A stretch of DNA of 63,449 nt, the filler included. It is 7 parts of 7 records of this genome, joined end to end, with 100 filler letters (N's around TTAATTAATTAA, not from the genome) between each part and the next. Parts side by side here need not be neighbours in the genome. Positions count along the whole stretch, not along the records: positions 7,883 to 15,574 come from DRR723986_20419; positions 15,675 to 21,976 come from DRR723986_20448; 5 more parts are not named here. One strand, given 5' to 3'. Each line of letters begins with the position of its first letter. Within the stretch, counting starts at the first letter, position 1. Under the pieces are notes generated by a model. It was not told where the DNA came from. It saw only the letters and a program-made list of their open reading frames with translations, and ran no database searches. Made by a program: the position numbers and the translations under genes. Positions 9,141 to 19,215 of this stretch are shown here, piece after piece.

Positions 9141-11195
9141 CTACACGTTGGCGAAGGCGCGCCGGTCTCCCGTCCAGCGCCGGATAATCGGTTCGATCCG
9201 GTCCGGCGCCTGCTGGCGCAAGGTGTCGGCTAGCTGTTGCACCTCGTCCAGCAGGGCGTTGTGCTCAGGCAGCCGCGCCACCCTGAATTCCATCAGCCCC
9301 GTCTGCCGGGTGCCCAGCACCTCCCCCGGGCCCCGCAGCTCGAGGTCTTTCTCGGCGATATAAAAGCCATCGTTGCTGCTGCGCATCGCCTGCAGCCGCT
9401 GCTTGCCGTTATTGCTCAGCGGTGTCTGGTAGAGCAGCACACAGTGGCTGGCCTCGGTTCCCCGGCCTACTCGCCCGCGCAGCTGGTGCAGTTGCGCCAG
9501 GCCGAGCCGTTCCGGGTTCTCGATGATCATCAGGCTGGCATTGGGGACATCGACGCCCACTTCAATCACCGTGGTTGCCACCAGCAGGTCGATCTCGCCG
9601 GCCTTGAACGCCGCCATCACCGCTTCCTTGTCTTTCGCTTTCAGGCGGCCATGGATCAGCCCGATCTTCAGGGTCGGCAAGGCCGCCACCAGTTCCTGGG
9701 CGGCGACTTCCGCCGCCTGGGCCTGCAGTGCATCGCTTTCCTCGATCAGGGTGCAGACCCAGTAGGCCTGGCGGCCCTCGGCACAGGCGGCAGCAACCCG
9801 GGCGATGATCTGCTCCCGGCGCGCGCTGTCGATGAGAACGGTCGAAATCGGTGTCCGCCCCGGCGGCAGCTCGTCAATGATCGAGCAGTCCAGGTCGGCG
9901 TAAGCCACCATCGACAGGGTGCGCGGGATCGGGGTGGCGGTCATCACCAGCTGGTGCGGTCGTCCCTGCCCGGCCTTGCCGGTCAATGCCAGGCGCTGGT
10001 GTACGCCGAAGCGATGCTGCTCATCCACGATTACCAGGCCCAGCCGGTGAAACTGCACGTCCTCCTGGAACAGCGCGTGAGTGCCGATTAATAACTGGGT
10101 CTCACCGGACTCAAGCCGGGTGAGTGCGGCGGCGCGCGCCCTGCCCTTGGTGGCTCCGCTAAGCCAGTCGATGTTCAGGCTCAGGTCCTGGAACCAGCCG
10201 CGGAAGTTCGCCAGGTGCTGTTCGGCGAGGATGCCGGTGGGCGCCATGATGGCCACCTGGCAGCCGGCGGCGATGGCCTGCAATGCGGCGGCGGCGGCCA
10301 CCAGGGTCTTGCCGGAGCCCACGTCACCTTGCACCAGGCGCAACATCGGCTTACTCAGGGCCAGGTCGGCGCCGATCTCATCGATCACCCGGTACTGGGC
10401 CCGGGTGGGGGTGAAGGGAAGGCTGTTCAGGAATGTCGCCAGCGCCGGCGGGTCCGCCGGCAGGGGTGGTGCCGGGTGCTCCTGCTCGCGGTCGCGCAGT
10501 TGCTGCAGTGACAGGTTGTGCGCGACCAACTCCTCCAGCGCCAGCCGTAGCTGGGCCGGGTGCTGGCCATCCACCATCAGCTCAAGGGAAGCATCGGGCG
10601 GCGGCATGTGCAGGTAGCGCAGCGCGGAGGTCAGGTCATAGGCCTGCCTGGAGACGCCACCGAGGAGATCGGTTGGCGCTTCCCGCTCCAGCAGGGCGAT
10701 CGCCTGGGCGCAGAGCTTGCGCCACTGGTTCTGGCCAATCCCCTCGGTGGTGGGATACACCGGGGTCAGGGTTTCCTCGATGCCGGTTTCCCCCGCCTCC
10801 AGCTGCCGGTACTCGGGATGATAGAACTCCAGGCCGGCGCTGCCGCGGCGAGCCTGGCCGAAACAGCGCAGGCGGGTACCCGCTTGCAGGTTGTTGCGCT
10901 GGGCCGCGCTGAAATGAAAGAAGCGCAGGCTGGTGGTGCCGGTGCCGTCCTGCAGGCGAACGACCAGGCTGCGGCGCTTGCCGAAGGCGATATCGGCTAG
11001 CTTCACTTCACCCTCAATGACCACGTCCACGCCCTCGACGAGGGCACCAATGGGGGTGACCCGGGTGCGATCCTGGTAGCGCATCGGCAGGTGATAGAGC
11101 AGGTCTTCTACCCGCTGGATGCCATACTCCACCAGCTTTTCGGCCAGTTTCGGGCCGACACCGCGCAGCGAAGTTAAATGCCTGTCAGCCAGCAT
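9141..11195 (-). CDS. recG: ATP-dependent DNA helicase RecG
   Basis: QGDVGSGKT, DEQHRFGV, MTATPIPRTL, QLHQLRGRVGRG. Confidence 0.98.
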   Translation of the reverse strand: MLADRHLTSLRGVGPKLAEKLVEYGIQRVEDLLYHLPMRYQDRTRVTPIGALVEGVDVVIEGEVKLADIAFGKRRSLVVRLQDGTGTTSLRFFHFSAAQRNNLQAGTRLRCFGQARRGSAGLEFYHPEYRQLEAGETGIEETLTPVYPTTEGIGQNQWRKLCAQAIALLEREAPTDLLGGVSRQAYDLTSALRYLHMPPPDASLELMVDGQHPAQLRLALEELVAHNLSLQQLRDREQEHPAPPLPADPPALATFLNSLPFTPTRAQYRVIDEIGADLALSKPMLRLVQGDVGSGKTLVAAAAALQAIAAGCQVAIMAPTGILAEQHLANFRGWFQDLSLNIDWLSGATKGRARAAALTRLESGETQLLIGTHALFQEDVQFHRLGLVIVDEQHRFGVHQRLALTGKAGQGRPHQLVMTATPIPRTLSMVAYADLDCSIIDELPPGRTPISTVLIDSARREQIIARVAAACAEGRQAYWVCTLIEESDALQAQAAEVAAQELVAALPTLKIGLIHGRLKAKDKEAVMAAFKAGEIDLLVATTVIEVGVDVPNASLMIIENPERLGLAQLHQLRGRVGRGTEASHCVLLYQTPLSNNGKQRLQAMRSSNDGFYIAEKDLELRGPGEVLGTRQTGLMEFRVARLPEHNALLDEVQQLADTLRQQAPDRIEPIIRRWTGDRRAFANV

Positions 11196-11362
11196 CCCGG
11201 GTGACTATGCCGCTGGCGCCGCGTGGCGCTGGCCTGGCGGGCGCGGGGCCGCCAGGCCGTTGCGTGGGTCGCTGTCGTTCAGCGAGCGCAGGTTGGTGGC
11301 AGTCATGGTCGGAAACCCCGGGGGCGTGAGATCATATAGTGTAACCAGCGCGGAGTGAGTTA

Positions 11363-12223
11363 ATGAAGGGTAAAACCGTCCTGTTTCTGGGCTGTGGCGA
11401 CCTGGGCGTGCGGGCAGGTGTTCTGCTGCATGCGGCGGGCTGCCGGCTGATCGGTGTGCGCCGGTCTCCAGGTCGACTGCCGGCCCACTTCGAGGAGCTG
11501 GTCGCCGACTATACCGCGCCTGGTGCGCTGGCCGCTGTGGCGGCGCTCGCCCCGGATTATGTCGTTACCAGTCTTACCCCCGCCGGACGCTCTGAAGCGG
11601 GTTATCGCCTGGGTTTTGAGCAGGCCACGGATAACCTGCTAACCGGCCTGGCCGGGCACCGGCCGGCCCGCGTCCTGTTCGTATCCAGTACCCGGGTCTA
11701 CGCCGAGTCGGACGGTGGCTGGGTTGACGAGGAAAGCCCGCTGAGCGACAACGATGCCAGCGCGCAGGCGATTATCAATGCCGAGCAAAAGCTGTTGGCA
11801 AGTGGCCTGCCGGCCAGTGTGGTGCGCTGTTCCGGCATTTACGGCGATTCCCACGGGCGCCTGCTTACCCGGATTGCCAGCGGCCACTTGTGTCCCCCGG
11901 AACCGGTAAGTTTCAGCAATCGGATTCATCGCGACGACGTCGCTGGTTTCCTGGTCCACCTGATGCGCGAGGACCGCGCCGGCAGGCGGCTGGAGCCGGT
12001 GTATAACGCCACTGATGACCAGCCCGTGCCGCAGCACGAGGTGGAGCAATGGCTGGCTGGACAACTTGGCCTGGAGCCGCAGTCGATCCACTACGATGCG
12101 CAGCGGATGGTGTCTGGACACAAGCGCTGCCGCAACGCGCGCTTGCACGCCAGTGGTTACTCCCTGGTATACCCTGACTACCGGGCGGGCTATACCCGCG
12201 TATTGTTGGAACGCGGCAGCTAG
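11363..12223 (+). CDS. NAD-dependent epimerase/dehydratase (atypical SDR)
   Basis: GCGDLG, FVSSTRVY, NRIHRDD, YPDYRAG. Confidence 0.85.
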   Translation: MKGKTVLFLGCGDLGVRAGVLLHAAGCRLIGVRRSPGRLPAHFEELVADYTAPGALAAVAALAPDYVVTSLTPAGRSEAGYRLGFEQATDNLLTGLAGHRPARVLFVSSTRVYAESDGGWVDEESPLSDNDASAQAIINAEQKLLASGLPASVVRCSGIYGDSHGRLLTRIASGHLCPPEPVSFSNRIHRDDVAGFLVHLMREDRAGRRLEPVYNATDDQPVPQHEVEQWLAGQLGLEPQSIHYDAQRMVSGHKRCRNARLHASGYSLVYPDYRAGYTRVLLERGS

Positions 12224-12603
12224 ACCGCCAGGATAGCTTCCACCTCGATCGCCACGCCTTTCGGCAGGCCGGCCACCTGGACGCAGGCGCGCGCAGGATA
12301 AGGCGGCTGCAGGAACTCACTCATCACCTCGTTCACCGCCGCGAAATCCGCCATGTCGGTCAGTGAGATATTGATCTTGACCGCATTATTGAGGGTGCCG
12401 CCCGCGGCCTCGGCTACCGCGGCGAGGTTCTTGAATACCTGGGTGGCCTGGGCACTGACATCCCCGGTGACCAGCTCCATCGATCCCGGAATCAAGGGAA
12501 TTTGGCCGGAGAGCCAGACCGTGTTCCCCACCTTGACCGCCTGGGAATAAGGGCCGATGGCTTCCGGTGCATCCGGGGTTGAAATGATCGCGCGATTGCT
12601 CAC
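12220..12603 (-). CDS. ridA: RidA/YjgF-family enamine deaminase
   Basis: APEAIGPYSQAV, SGQIPL, PYPARACVQVAGLPKG. Confidence 0.93.
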   Translation of the reverse strand: MSNRAIISTPDAPEAIGPYSQAVKVGNTVWLSGQIPLIPGSMELVTGDVSAQATQVFKNLAAVAEAAGGTLNNAVKINISLTDMADFAAVNEVMSEFLQPPYPARACVQVAGLPKGVAIEVEAILAV

Positions 12604-12640
12604 GATGGCTCTCCTGTCAGTAGTTTTGGCAGCGGGGGGC

Positions 12641-14758
12641 TCAGTTGGTCAGCCGGCTTACCCGGCGTACTGATTCGATCGACCGCAGCCGTTTCATGAT
12701 TCGGGCGAGGTGTACCCGGCTCGCCACCTGCATGCCGAGGTCGACATAGGTGAACTGGTAATCCTTGTCCTCGGTCGAGATGTTCTCGATGTTAACGCCC
12801 ATGCTGTTGATCCGGGTAGCGATCACCGCGATCATTCCGCGGCGGTTTTCGACCTCGATGCGCAGTTCCGCGGGGTACTCTCCCTCGACCTTGTCATCCC
12901 AGCGCAGGGCCACCAGGCGCTCCCGGTTATCGCGCATTTCCCCCAGGTTCTTGCAGGACTCCCGGTGTACCACCACGCCCTTCTCGGAACTGAGGTAGCC
13001 CTCGATCGGGTCCCCGGGGATCGGGTGGCAGCACTTGGCATAGGTGACCATGAAGCCCTCGGTGCCGCGGATTGCCACCGGTGGCCCATCGCTGCTCGGC
13101 TCGGCTGAACTGTCGGGTACCGTTGCGCCCAGTAACTGCTGGGCGGTAATCCCCGGCAGCCGGTTGGCGCGGGCGATATCTTCCAGCAGGCTGTCGAGGT
13201 CGGCGTAGGCATGGCGCTCCAGGTAGTCCGCGACCTGTGCCGGCGGCAGGGTTGCCAGTGAGCTGTTGAAGCCCAGCAGGGCCTTGTCGAGCAGGCGCTG
13301 GCCCAGGGCAACCGAATCTTCCCGGGTCTGGTGTTTGAGGTAGTGGCGGATGTTGGTGCGCGCCTTGGCGGTCACGGCGTAGTTGAACCAGGACGGGTTG
13401 GGCTGGGCCCCGGGCGCAGTCAGGATTTCCACCGTCTGTCCGCTTTGCAGCGGTTCCGACAGGGGTGCCAGGCGCCGGTTGATACGGCAGGCCACACAGC
13501 TGTTGCCGACATCCGTATGTACCGCATAGGCAAAGTCTACCGCGGTGGCTCCCCGGGGCAGTTCCAGGATGCGCCCCTTGGGAGTGAACACGTAGATTTC
13601 GTCCGGGAACAGGTCGATCTTGACGCTCTCGATGAATTCCAGCGAGTTGCCGGCGCGCTGCTGCATTTCCAGCAGGCCCTGGACCCACTCCCGCGCCCGG
13701 GCGTGACTGCCGTTGCTGCTCTGGCCGTCAGTCTTGTATAGCCAGTGAGCGGCGATGCCGTTGTTGGCCATTTCTTCCATTTCCCGGGTGCGGATCTGGA
13801 TCTCGATCGGTACGCCGTGCATACCCATGAGCACTGTGTGCAGTGACTGGTAGCCGTTGGCCTTGGGAATGGCGATATAGTCCTTGAATTCGCCCGGCAC
13901 CGGCTTGTACAGGCTGTGGATACAACCGAGGACGCGGTAACAGGTGTCAACCGAGTCGACGATGATGCGGAAGGCGTAGATGTCCATGATCTCGGAGAAG
14001 GACTTGTTCTTCGACTTCATCTTCTTGTAGATGCTGTACAGGTGCTTCTCGCGGCCCATGACCTCGACGTCGTGACCTTCCTGCTCGAGGGTGGTCTCGA
14101 TCTGGTGGCGAATCTTTTCCACCAGTTCTTTGCGGTTGCCCCGTGCCTTGCGCAGGGCCGCGTCGATGCGCCGCGCGCGCATCGGGTAGAGCGCGCTGAA
14201 ACCAAGGTCCTCGAACTCGATCCGCACATTGTTCATGCCCAGGCGCATGGCAATGGGCGCATAGATGTCCAGGGTCTCGCGGGCGATGCGCCGGGCCTTG
14301 TCCATCGGCAGCACCCCAAGGGTGCGCATATTGTGCAAACGGTCCGCCAGCTTGACGAGAATTACGCGGATGTCCCGCGCCATGGCGAGCGCCATTTTCT
14401 GGAAGTTCTCCGCCTGCTTCTCTTCCAGCGTGCTGAATTCCATCTGGGTGAGCTTGCTCACCCCGTCGACCAATTCCGCCACGGTCGGGCCGAACTGGCC
14501 GCCGATGGCGTTCTTGTCGATCCCGGTATCCTCGATCACATCGTGCAGCATGGCGGCCATCAGGCTCTGATGGTCCATGTGCATATCGGCGAGGATGCCG
14601 GCAACGGCCAGCGGGTGGGTTACATAGGGTTCGCCGCTGCGGCGGATCTGGCCGTAGTGGGCCTGTTCGGCGAAGTAGTAGGCGCGTCGCACCTGGCTGG
14701 ACTGGGTAACATCCAGGTAGCTACGCAGGGTGGAGTCCAGGGCATCAATGGTTTGCAT
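12641..14758 (-). CDS. spoT: Bifunctional (p)ppGpp synthase/hydrolase
   Basis: HYGQIRRSGEPYVTHP, intact HD motif (LHDVIEDT), KLADRLHNMRTL, TGS and ACT domains; next to rpoZ. Confidence 0.97.
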   Translation of the reverse strand: MQTIDALDSTLRSYLDVTQSSQVRRAYYFAEQAHYGQIRRSGEPYVTHPLAVAGILADMHMDHQSLMAAMLHDVIEDTGIDKNAIGGQFGPTVAELVDGVSKLTQMEFSTLEEKQAENFQKMALAMARDIRVILVKLADRLHNMRTLGVLPMDKARRIARETLDIYAPIAMRLGMNNVRIEFEDLGFSALYPMRARRIDAALRKARGNRKELVEKIRHQIETTLEQEGHDVEVMGREKHLYSIYKKMKSKNKSFSEIMDIYAFRIIVDSVDTCYRVLGCIHSLYKPVPGEFKDYIAIPKANGYQSLHTVLMGMHGVPIEIQIRTREMEEMANNGIAAHWLYKTDGQSSNGSHARAREWVQGLLEMQQRAGNSLEFIESVKIDLFPDEIYVFTPKGRILELPRGATAVDFAYAVHTDVGNSCVACRINRRLAPLSEPLQSGQTVEILTAPGAQPNPSWFNYAVTAKARTNIRHYLKHQTREDSVALGQRLLDKALLGFNSSLATLPPAQVADYLERHAYADLDSLLEDIARANRLPGITAQQLLGATVPDSSAEPSSDGPPVAIRGTEGFMVTYAKCCHPIPGDPIEGYLSSEKGVVVHRESCKNLGEMRDNRERLVALRWDDKVEGEYPAELRIEVENRRGMIAVIATRINSMGVNIENISTEDKDYQFTYVDLGMQVASRVHLARIMKRLRSIESVRRVSRLTN

Positions 14759-14800
14759 GGCAGCTTTCGCAAGCGCTAACCGGTGATGCCCGAGATGGTG

Positions 14801-15061
14801 TTAGAGCGCCTCACCGGCCTCCATGACTTCGGCCAGTTCCTGTTCGGCATCGATCTCATCTTCCCGGGTAAGGATATCCGGCGTGATGAAGCCCTCTGCA
14901 ATCTCGCGCAGGGCGATAACAGTGGGCTTGTCGGATTCTTCCTCGACCAGCGGGTCCTTGCCGCCGGTAGCCATCTGGCGGGCGCGTTTGCTGGCGACCA
15001 TCACCAGTTCGAAGCGGTTCGCCACATTTTCAAGACAATCTTCAACAGTTACTCGAGCCAT
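14801..15061 (-). CDS. rpoZ: RNA polymerase omega subunit
   Basis: [29 protein letters not shown]. Confidence 0.98.
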   Translation of the reverse strand: MARVTVEDCLENVANRFELVMVASKRARQMATGGKDPLVEEESDKPTVIALREIAEGFITPDILTREDEIDAEQELAEVMEAGEAL

Positions 15062-15243
15062 GGTTCTACATATCCCATCGTGCCGCCTGCATCCGGTGCC
15101 ATATCTGGCCCGGTGGCGGGGTCATTGCAAAAAATCCGGTGACCGGGGCAGTCAGGCTGCGCCGGAGGAACTGCGTATTATACCCCAATTCCTCTGGCAG
15201 CCGTCCAGCGGGGCGGTTTGTCGACTATTACCAGTGCCGGCGG

Positions 15244-15574
15244 CTAGTTCAGCAGGTCCTGCAAGGTTTTGGCCAGGCGCGCGGCCTGCCCTGAGGTCGA
15301 CAGGCGATGGCAGGTCAGGATGGCCTGGAGCTGGGCGAGCGCGAGCTTGAAGTCGCCGTTCATGACCAGGTAGTCGGACTCGATGTAGTGCGACATTTCC
15401 TCCCGGGCCTGGGCCATGCGGCGCTGGATCACCGCCTCGTCGTCCTGTCCCCGATTGGTCAGCCGTTCCCGCAGGGTGTCCCGGGAGGGGGGCAGGATGA
15501 AAATCGAGCGCGTGGCGGGCATGATCCGCTTCACCTGGCGCGCTCCCTGCCAGTCAATCTCCAGGATCACATCG
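15244..15574 (-). CDS. gmk: Guanylate kinase (5' partial)
   Basis: VILEIDWQGARQV, SIFILPPS, RGQDDEAVIQRRM. Confidence 0.95.
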
Positions 15575-15674
15575 NNNNNNNNNNNNNNNNNNNNNNNNNN
15601 NNNNNNNNNNNNNNNNNNTTAATTAATTAANNNNNNNNNNNNNNNNNNNNNNNNNNNNNNNNNNNNNNNNNNNN
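15575..15674. other. Artificial contig spacer
   Basis: N-run + TTAATTAATTAA + N-run. Confidence 0.99.
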
Positions 15675-15730
15675 TGCACGGGGGGGGTACAGGGGGTGTA
15701 CGCAGGTTGTACCGGGGGCACCCCCCGGTT
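15675..15730. repeat. G-rich short tandem units (GGxTGTAC-like) at contig end
   Basis: GGGGGTACAG, GGGGTGTACG, CAGGTTGTACC, then a CCGGGGG/CCCCCGG hairpin. Confidence 0.45.
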
Positions 15731-15771
15731 TTCGGGATCGCGGGGCGGTGCTCCGCGCCGCGATCCTCTGG

Positions 15772-17217
15772 TCAGATTCCGTCGATACAGACGTATTTGG
15801 TGTCGAGATAATCGGCCAGCCCCTGGCTGCCGCCCTCTTTGCCCATGCCGCTTTCCTTCATACCGCCAAAGGGTGCTTCCACGGTGGTGATGAGACCCGA
15901 GTTGATCCCGATCATCCCGTATTGCAGCCCCTCGTTCAGCCGGAAAGCCCGAGCAAGATCAGAGGTATAGGCATAGCAGGCCAGCCCATATTCGGTATCA
16001 TTGGCCATCGCGATGGCCTCTTCCTCGGTCTCGAATTTGAACACCGGGGCCAGCGGCCCGAAAATCTCTTCCTTCGCGAACATCATGTCCTGCGTGGCGT
16101 GTTTGATCACTGTCGGTTCAAAGAAACTGCCACCATTGCCGTGACGCGCGCCGCCGGTCGCGATCTCGCCCCCCTTTGCCGTCGCATCTGCAATGAATTC
16201 CTCAACCTTTTCAACAGCATCCACGTCAATCATCGGCCCCTGCTCAACGCCGGCGTCCAACCCGTTCCCGACCTTCAGCGCGGCGGTCTTTTCCACCAGC
16301 TTGGCCACGAACGCATCATAGACGCCGGACTGAACATACATCCGGTTCGCACAGACACAGGTCTGCCCCGCATTACGGAACTTCGACACCATAGCGCCGT
16401 CCACAGCCCGATCCAGATCGGCGTCATCGAACACTACGAACGGCGCGTTGCCGCCCAGTTCCATCGAAACTTTCTTAACGGTATCAGCGCTTTGCCGGAT
16501 CAACTCTTTGCCAACCTCGGTCGAGCCTGTGAAGGTCACCTTGCGCACCACGGGGCTTTCCATCATCGCGCCCGCGATTTTGCGGGCAGAGCCCGTGATC
16601 ACGTTCACCACGCCCTTGGGAAAGCCCACCTCTTCGGCCAAAGCCGCCCAGGCAAGCCCCGAATACGGCGTCGCCGTCGCGGGTTTGGCCACCACGGTGC
16701 AGCCCACGGCCAAGGCCGGCCCGATCTTGCGCGCCAGCATCGAGGACGGGAAGTTCCATGGCGTGATCATGCCCACAACCCCAACCGGATGATGGGTGAC
16801 AAGGATGCGGCGACCGCTGACGCCTGCTGGCACGATTTCACCTTTGGCGCGGCGCGCTTCTTCCGCGAACCAGCGGACATATTGCGCGCCGATGGCGATC
16901 TCGCCCATGGCTTCAGTCAGCGGTTTGCCCATCTCAACGGTCAGCAGTTCCGCCAGATCTTTCTGGTTGTCCATCAGGGCATCGTGCAGCTTCCACAACA
17001 GCGACAGGCGGCCCATCATGTCCATGGCCGCGAAGCCCGGGAAAGCGGCCTGCGCTGCGGCAATCGCACGCTTGGTTTCTGCGTCGCCCGCGTTTGCGAT
17101 GGTTCCGATCACCTCGCCCGTTGCCGGGTTCGTCACATCGATCGTCGCGCCGCTATCGGCACCAACCCACTGACCATCAATGAAATTTCCTTCACGCAAC
17201 CAGGTTGTGTAGCTCAT
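15772..17217 (-). CDS. gabD: NAD(P)-dependent succinate-semialdehyde dehydrogenase
   Basis: ITPWNFPSSM, FTGSTEVGK, MELGGNAPF, FRNAGQTCVC, EEIFGP. Confidence 0.88.
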   Translation of the reverse strand: MSYTTWLREGNFIDGQWVGADSGATIDVTNPATGEVIGTIANAGDAETKRAIAAAQAAFPGFAAMDMMGRLSLLWKLHDALMDNQKDLAELLTVEMGKPLTEAMGEIAIGAQYVRWFAEEARRAKGEIVPAGVSGRRILVTHHPVGVVGMITPWNFPSSMLARKIGPALAVGCTVVAKPATATPYSGLAWAALAEEVGFPKGVVNVITGSARKIAGAMMESPVVRKVTFTGSTEVGKELIRQSADTVKKVSMELGGNAPFVVFDDADLDRAVDGAMVSKFRNAGQTCVCANRMYVQSGVYDAFVAKLVEKTAALKVGNGLDAGVEQGPMIDVDAVEKVEEFIADATAKGGEIATGGARHGNGGSFFEPTVIKHATQDMMFAKEEIFGPLAPVFKFETEEEAIAMANDTEYGLACYAYTSDLARAFRLNEGLQYGMIGINSGLITTVEAPFGGMKESGMGKEGGSQGLADYLDTKYVCIDGI

Positions 17218-17232
17218 CTCTTCTCTCCTATC

Positions 17233-18219
17233 TCAGGCGAAATCGCCAATCCGCCGGGCCACGTCGAGCATCCGGCAGGAAAAGCCCCATTCATTGTCAT
17301 ACCAGCCAAAGACACGCAGCATGCCGCCTTTCGACCGTTTGATCTCTGGCCCCGCCACGATCAGGGACTCGGGCCTTTGCCGCAGGTCTGACGACACAAG
17401 CGGCTTGTCGGTATATCCAATCACACCCCCCGATGAGGCCAGAAGCACGCGCGCCTCCTCGGCACTTGGGCGGGCGCGGGTGATGACGGCCATATCCACG
17501 CAGGATACGCTGGCCGTGGGAACCCGCACAGCCGACCCGGTGATCCGCCCCGCCAGATGCGGCAGAACGATATCCACCAATTGCTCGGCGCTCGTGGTCG
17601 TCGGCACCATCGACAGCGCAGCGGCACGGCTGCGGGCGGGGTTGGCCATCGGCATATCGACCGTCGGCTGACTGCCTGTGTAGCAATGCACCGTCGTCAT
17701 CAGAGCGGTTTCCAGCCCGTAGGCGTCATCCAGCACGCGGGCCAGCGGTGCCAGCGCGTTCGTGGTGCAGGACGCGTTCGACACGATCCGATGTTCCGCG
17801 CTCAGCTTTTCGTCATTGGCCCCCAGAACCACGGTCAGATCAGCGTCCGGTGAGGGCCCCGAGACCAGAACCCGCGCCGCCCCTGCTGCCAGTCCCTGTT
17901 CGGCAATCGCCCGATCCGTGGCCCGGCCCGTGCATTCCATCAACACATCGACGCCCGTCAGATCCAGCGCCGCCAGGTCGCGCTGTTGGGTAAATGGAAT
18001 GCGGCGACCCGCAGCGATCAGCACACCGGGTTCCGTCGAGACACCGCCGGGAAACGGGCCGAAAACACTGTCGAATTCGAACAGATAGGCGCAGGTTTCC
18101 AGCGAGGCGATGTCATTGACACCGACGATCTCCAACCCCCGCCACGTGTCAGAGTTCAGCCAGGCCCGTAGAACGGACCGCCCAATCCGCCCAAACCCGT
18201 TGATCACGACCCGTGTCAT
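17233..18219 (-). CDS. gap: Type I glyceraldehyde-3-phosphate dehydrogenase-family protein (divergent paralog)
   Basis: INGFGRIGR, VSNASCTTNALAP, WYDNEWGFS; start MTRVV after GGAG. Confidence 0.85.
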   Translation of the reverse strand: MTRVVINGFGRIGRSVLRAWLNSDTWRGLEIVGVNDIASLETCAYLFEFDSVFGPFPGGVSTEPGVLIAAGRRIPFTQQRDLAALDLTGVDVLMECTGRATDRAIAEQGLAAGAARVLVSGPSPDADLTVVLGANDEKLSAEHRIVSNASCTTNALAPLARVLDDAYGLETALMTTVHCYTGSQPTVDMPMANPARSRAAALSMVPTTTSAEQLVDIVLPHLAGRITGSAVRVPTASVSCVDMAVITRARPSAEEARVLLASSGGVIGYTDKPLVSSDLRQRPESLIVAGPEIKRSKGGMLRVFGWYDNEWGFSCRMLDVARRIGDFA

Positions 18220-18312
18220 TCCCGCACTCCCTTGCCGAGGTTGCGCGCAGTCATGCACGGGCAGCAGGAAGGTGCAAGCCGTGCAGTTTGGCGTTCCACT
18301 CAGGGCGTGATT

Positions 18313-19215
18313 TCAAGCCTGGGCAAACGTTTCACAAAGGCTCCGGTAGGCATGTGTCAGACCCGCAAGCGTCATCTGATCCGAGTCGCAGGGTTGAACA
18401 GAGATGCCCTGACTGCTCAGACCCTGTTCATATAGCGTGGACCACGGCGAAGGCCCGACCACCAGAACCCGCTGGCCTTGCCAGGCATCCCTCGCTCCGG
18501 CAAGTTCCTGCCCGATCAGCAGTCCTTTCAGCCAGGCTTTCGCGGGGTCCACATCCTCGCGGGCGGAGATCGCGTGTTGAAAGGTCAGTTCCGGCTGTTC
18601 CATGGCATCCGCTACGGCGTTTACGAACACCCGTCGATCCGGCCTGACCTCGGGAACGGACATCAATTCGGCGTCTTGCGGTGCGATTAGATCGGCCAGT
18701 TCCGCCGTCATGAACATCTTGGTGCCGATGATCTCGCCCGAGTTCATTGTCAGCCACAAAGTCTGCGTGTCCGGGATACAGATCGCCCCGCAGTAGTCCG
18801 GCATTTCGGCGGCAATGCCCCTGATCAGGCTTTCACATGCAATCCGGCCGCCGTCAGATCCGGGCGGGCGAAGGCCCGGCAACATGTGCAGCGACAAACG
18901 GGAGTCTGCCGTTGTCACCGGTATCACACGGAGCGCTGCCGGCCGGCATGGAACGCTCGCACATCCCCCTGACCCTTCGTCCAGCACACTGCCCGGCACA
19001 CCGCTGACGATGATTGGGGTCTGTTCGCGGATCAACCAGGGACGCACCAGATTAAACAGGACGGTCTCGAAGGCTTCTGGCGCGATCTGGGCCAGCCCTT
19101 GTGCCGAGCGCACTTTCATGAGGACGGCATCCCGACTGTCCAACGCCCAGGCCCGCATTCCGCTTTCAGACCAATCGACCGCAATCCAATGCGGGGCCGC
19201 ATTGTTTCTGTTCAT
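18313..19215 (-). CDS. 2-keto-3-deoxygalactonokinase-like protein (degenerate motifs)
   Basis: WIAVDW..MRAWAL, FMTAEL, LKGLLIGQELAG match the DgoK family, but the DWGT and DVMRGEE motifs are altered. Confidence 0.7.
   Translation of the reverse strand: MNRNNAAPHWIAVDWSESGMRAWALDSRDAVLMKVRSAQGLAQIAPEAFETVLFNLVRPWLIREQTPIIVSGVPGSVLDEGSGGCASVPCRPAALRVIPVTTADSRLSLHMLPGLRPPGSDGGRIACESLIRGIAAEMPDYCGAICIPDTQTLWLTMNSGEIIGTKMFMTAELADLIAPQDAELMSVPEVRPDRRVFVNAVADAMEQPELTFQHAISAREDVDPAKAWLKGLLIGQELAGARDAWQGQRVLVVGPSPWSTLYEQGLSSQGISVQPCDSDQMTLAGLTHAYRSLCETFAQA

Noticed and set aside
15748-17391. 547-aa plus-strand ORF
   Set aside because: Antisense shadow of gabD in GC-rich DNA, with no recognisable motifs.
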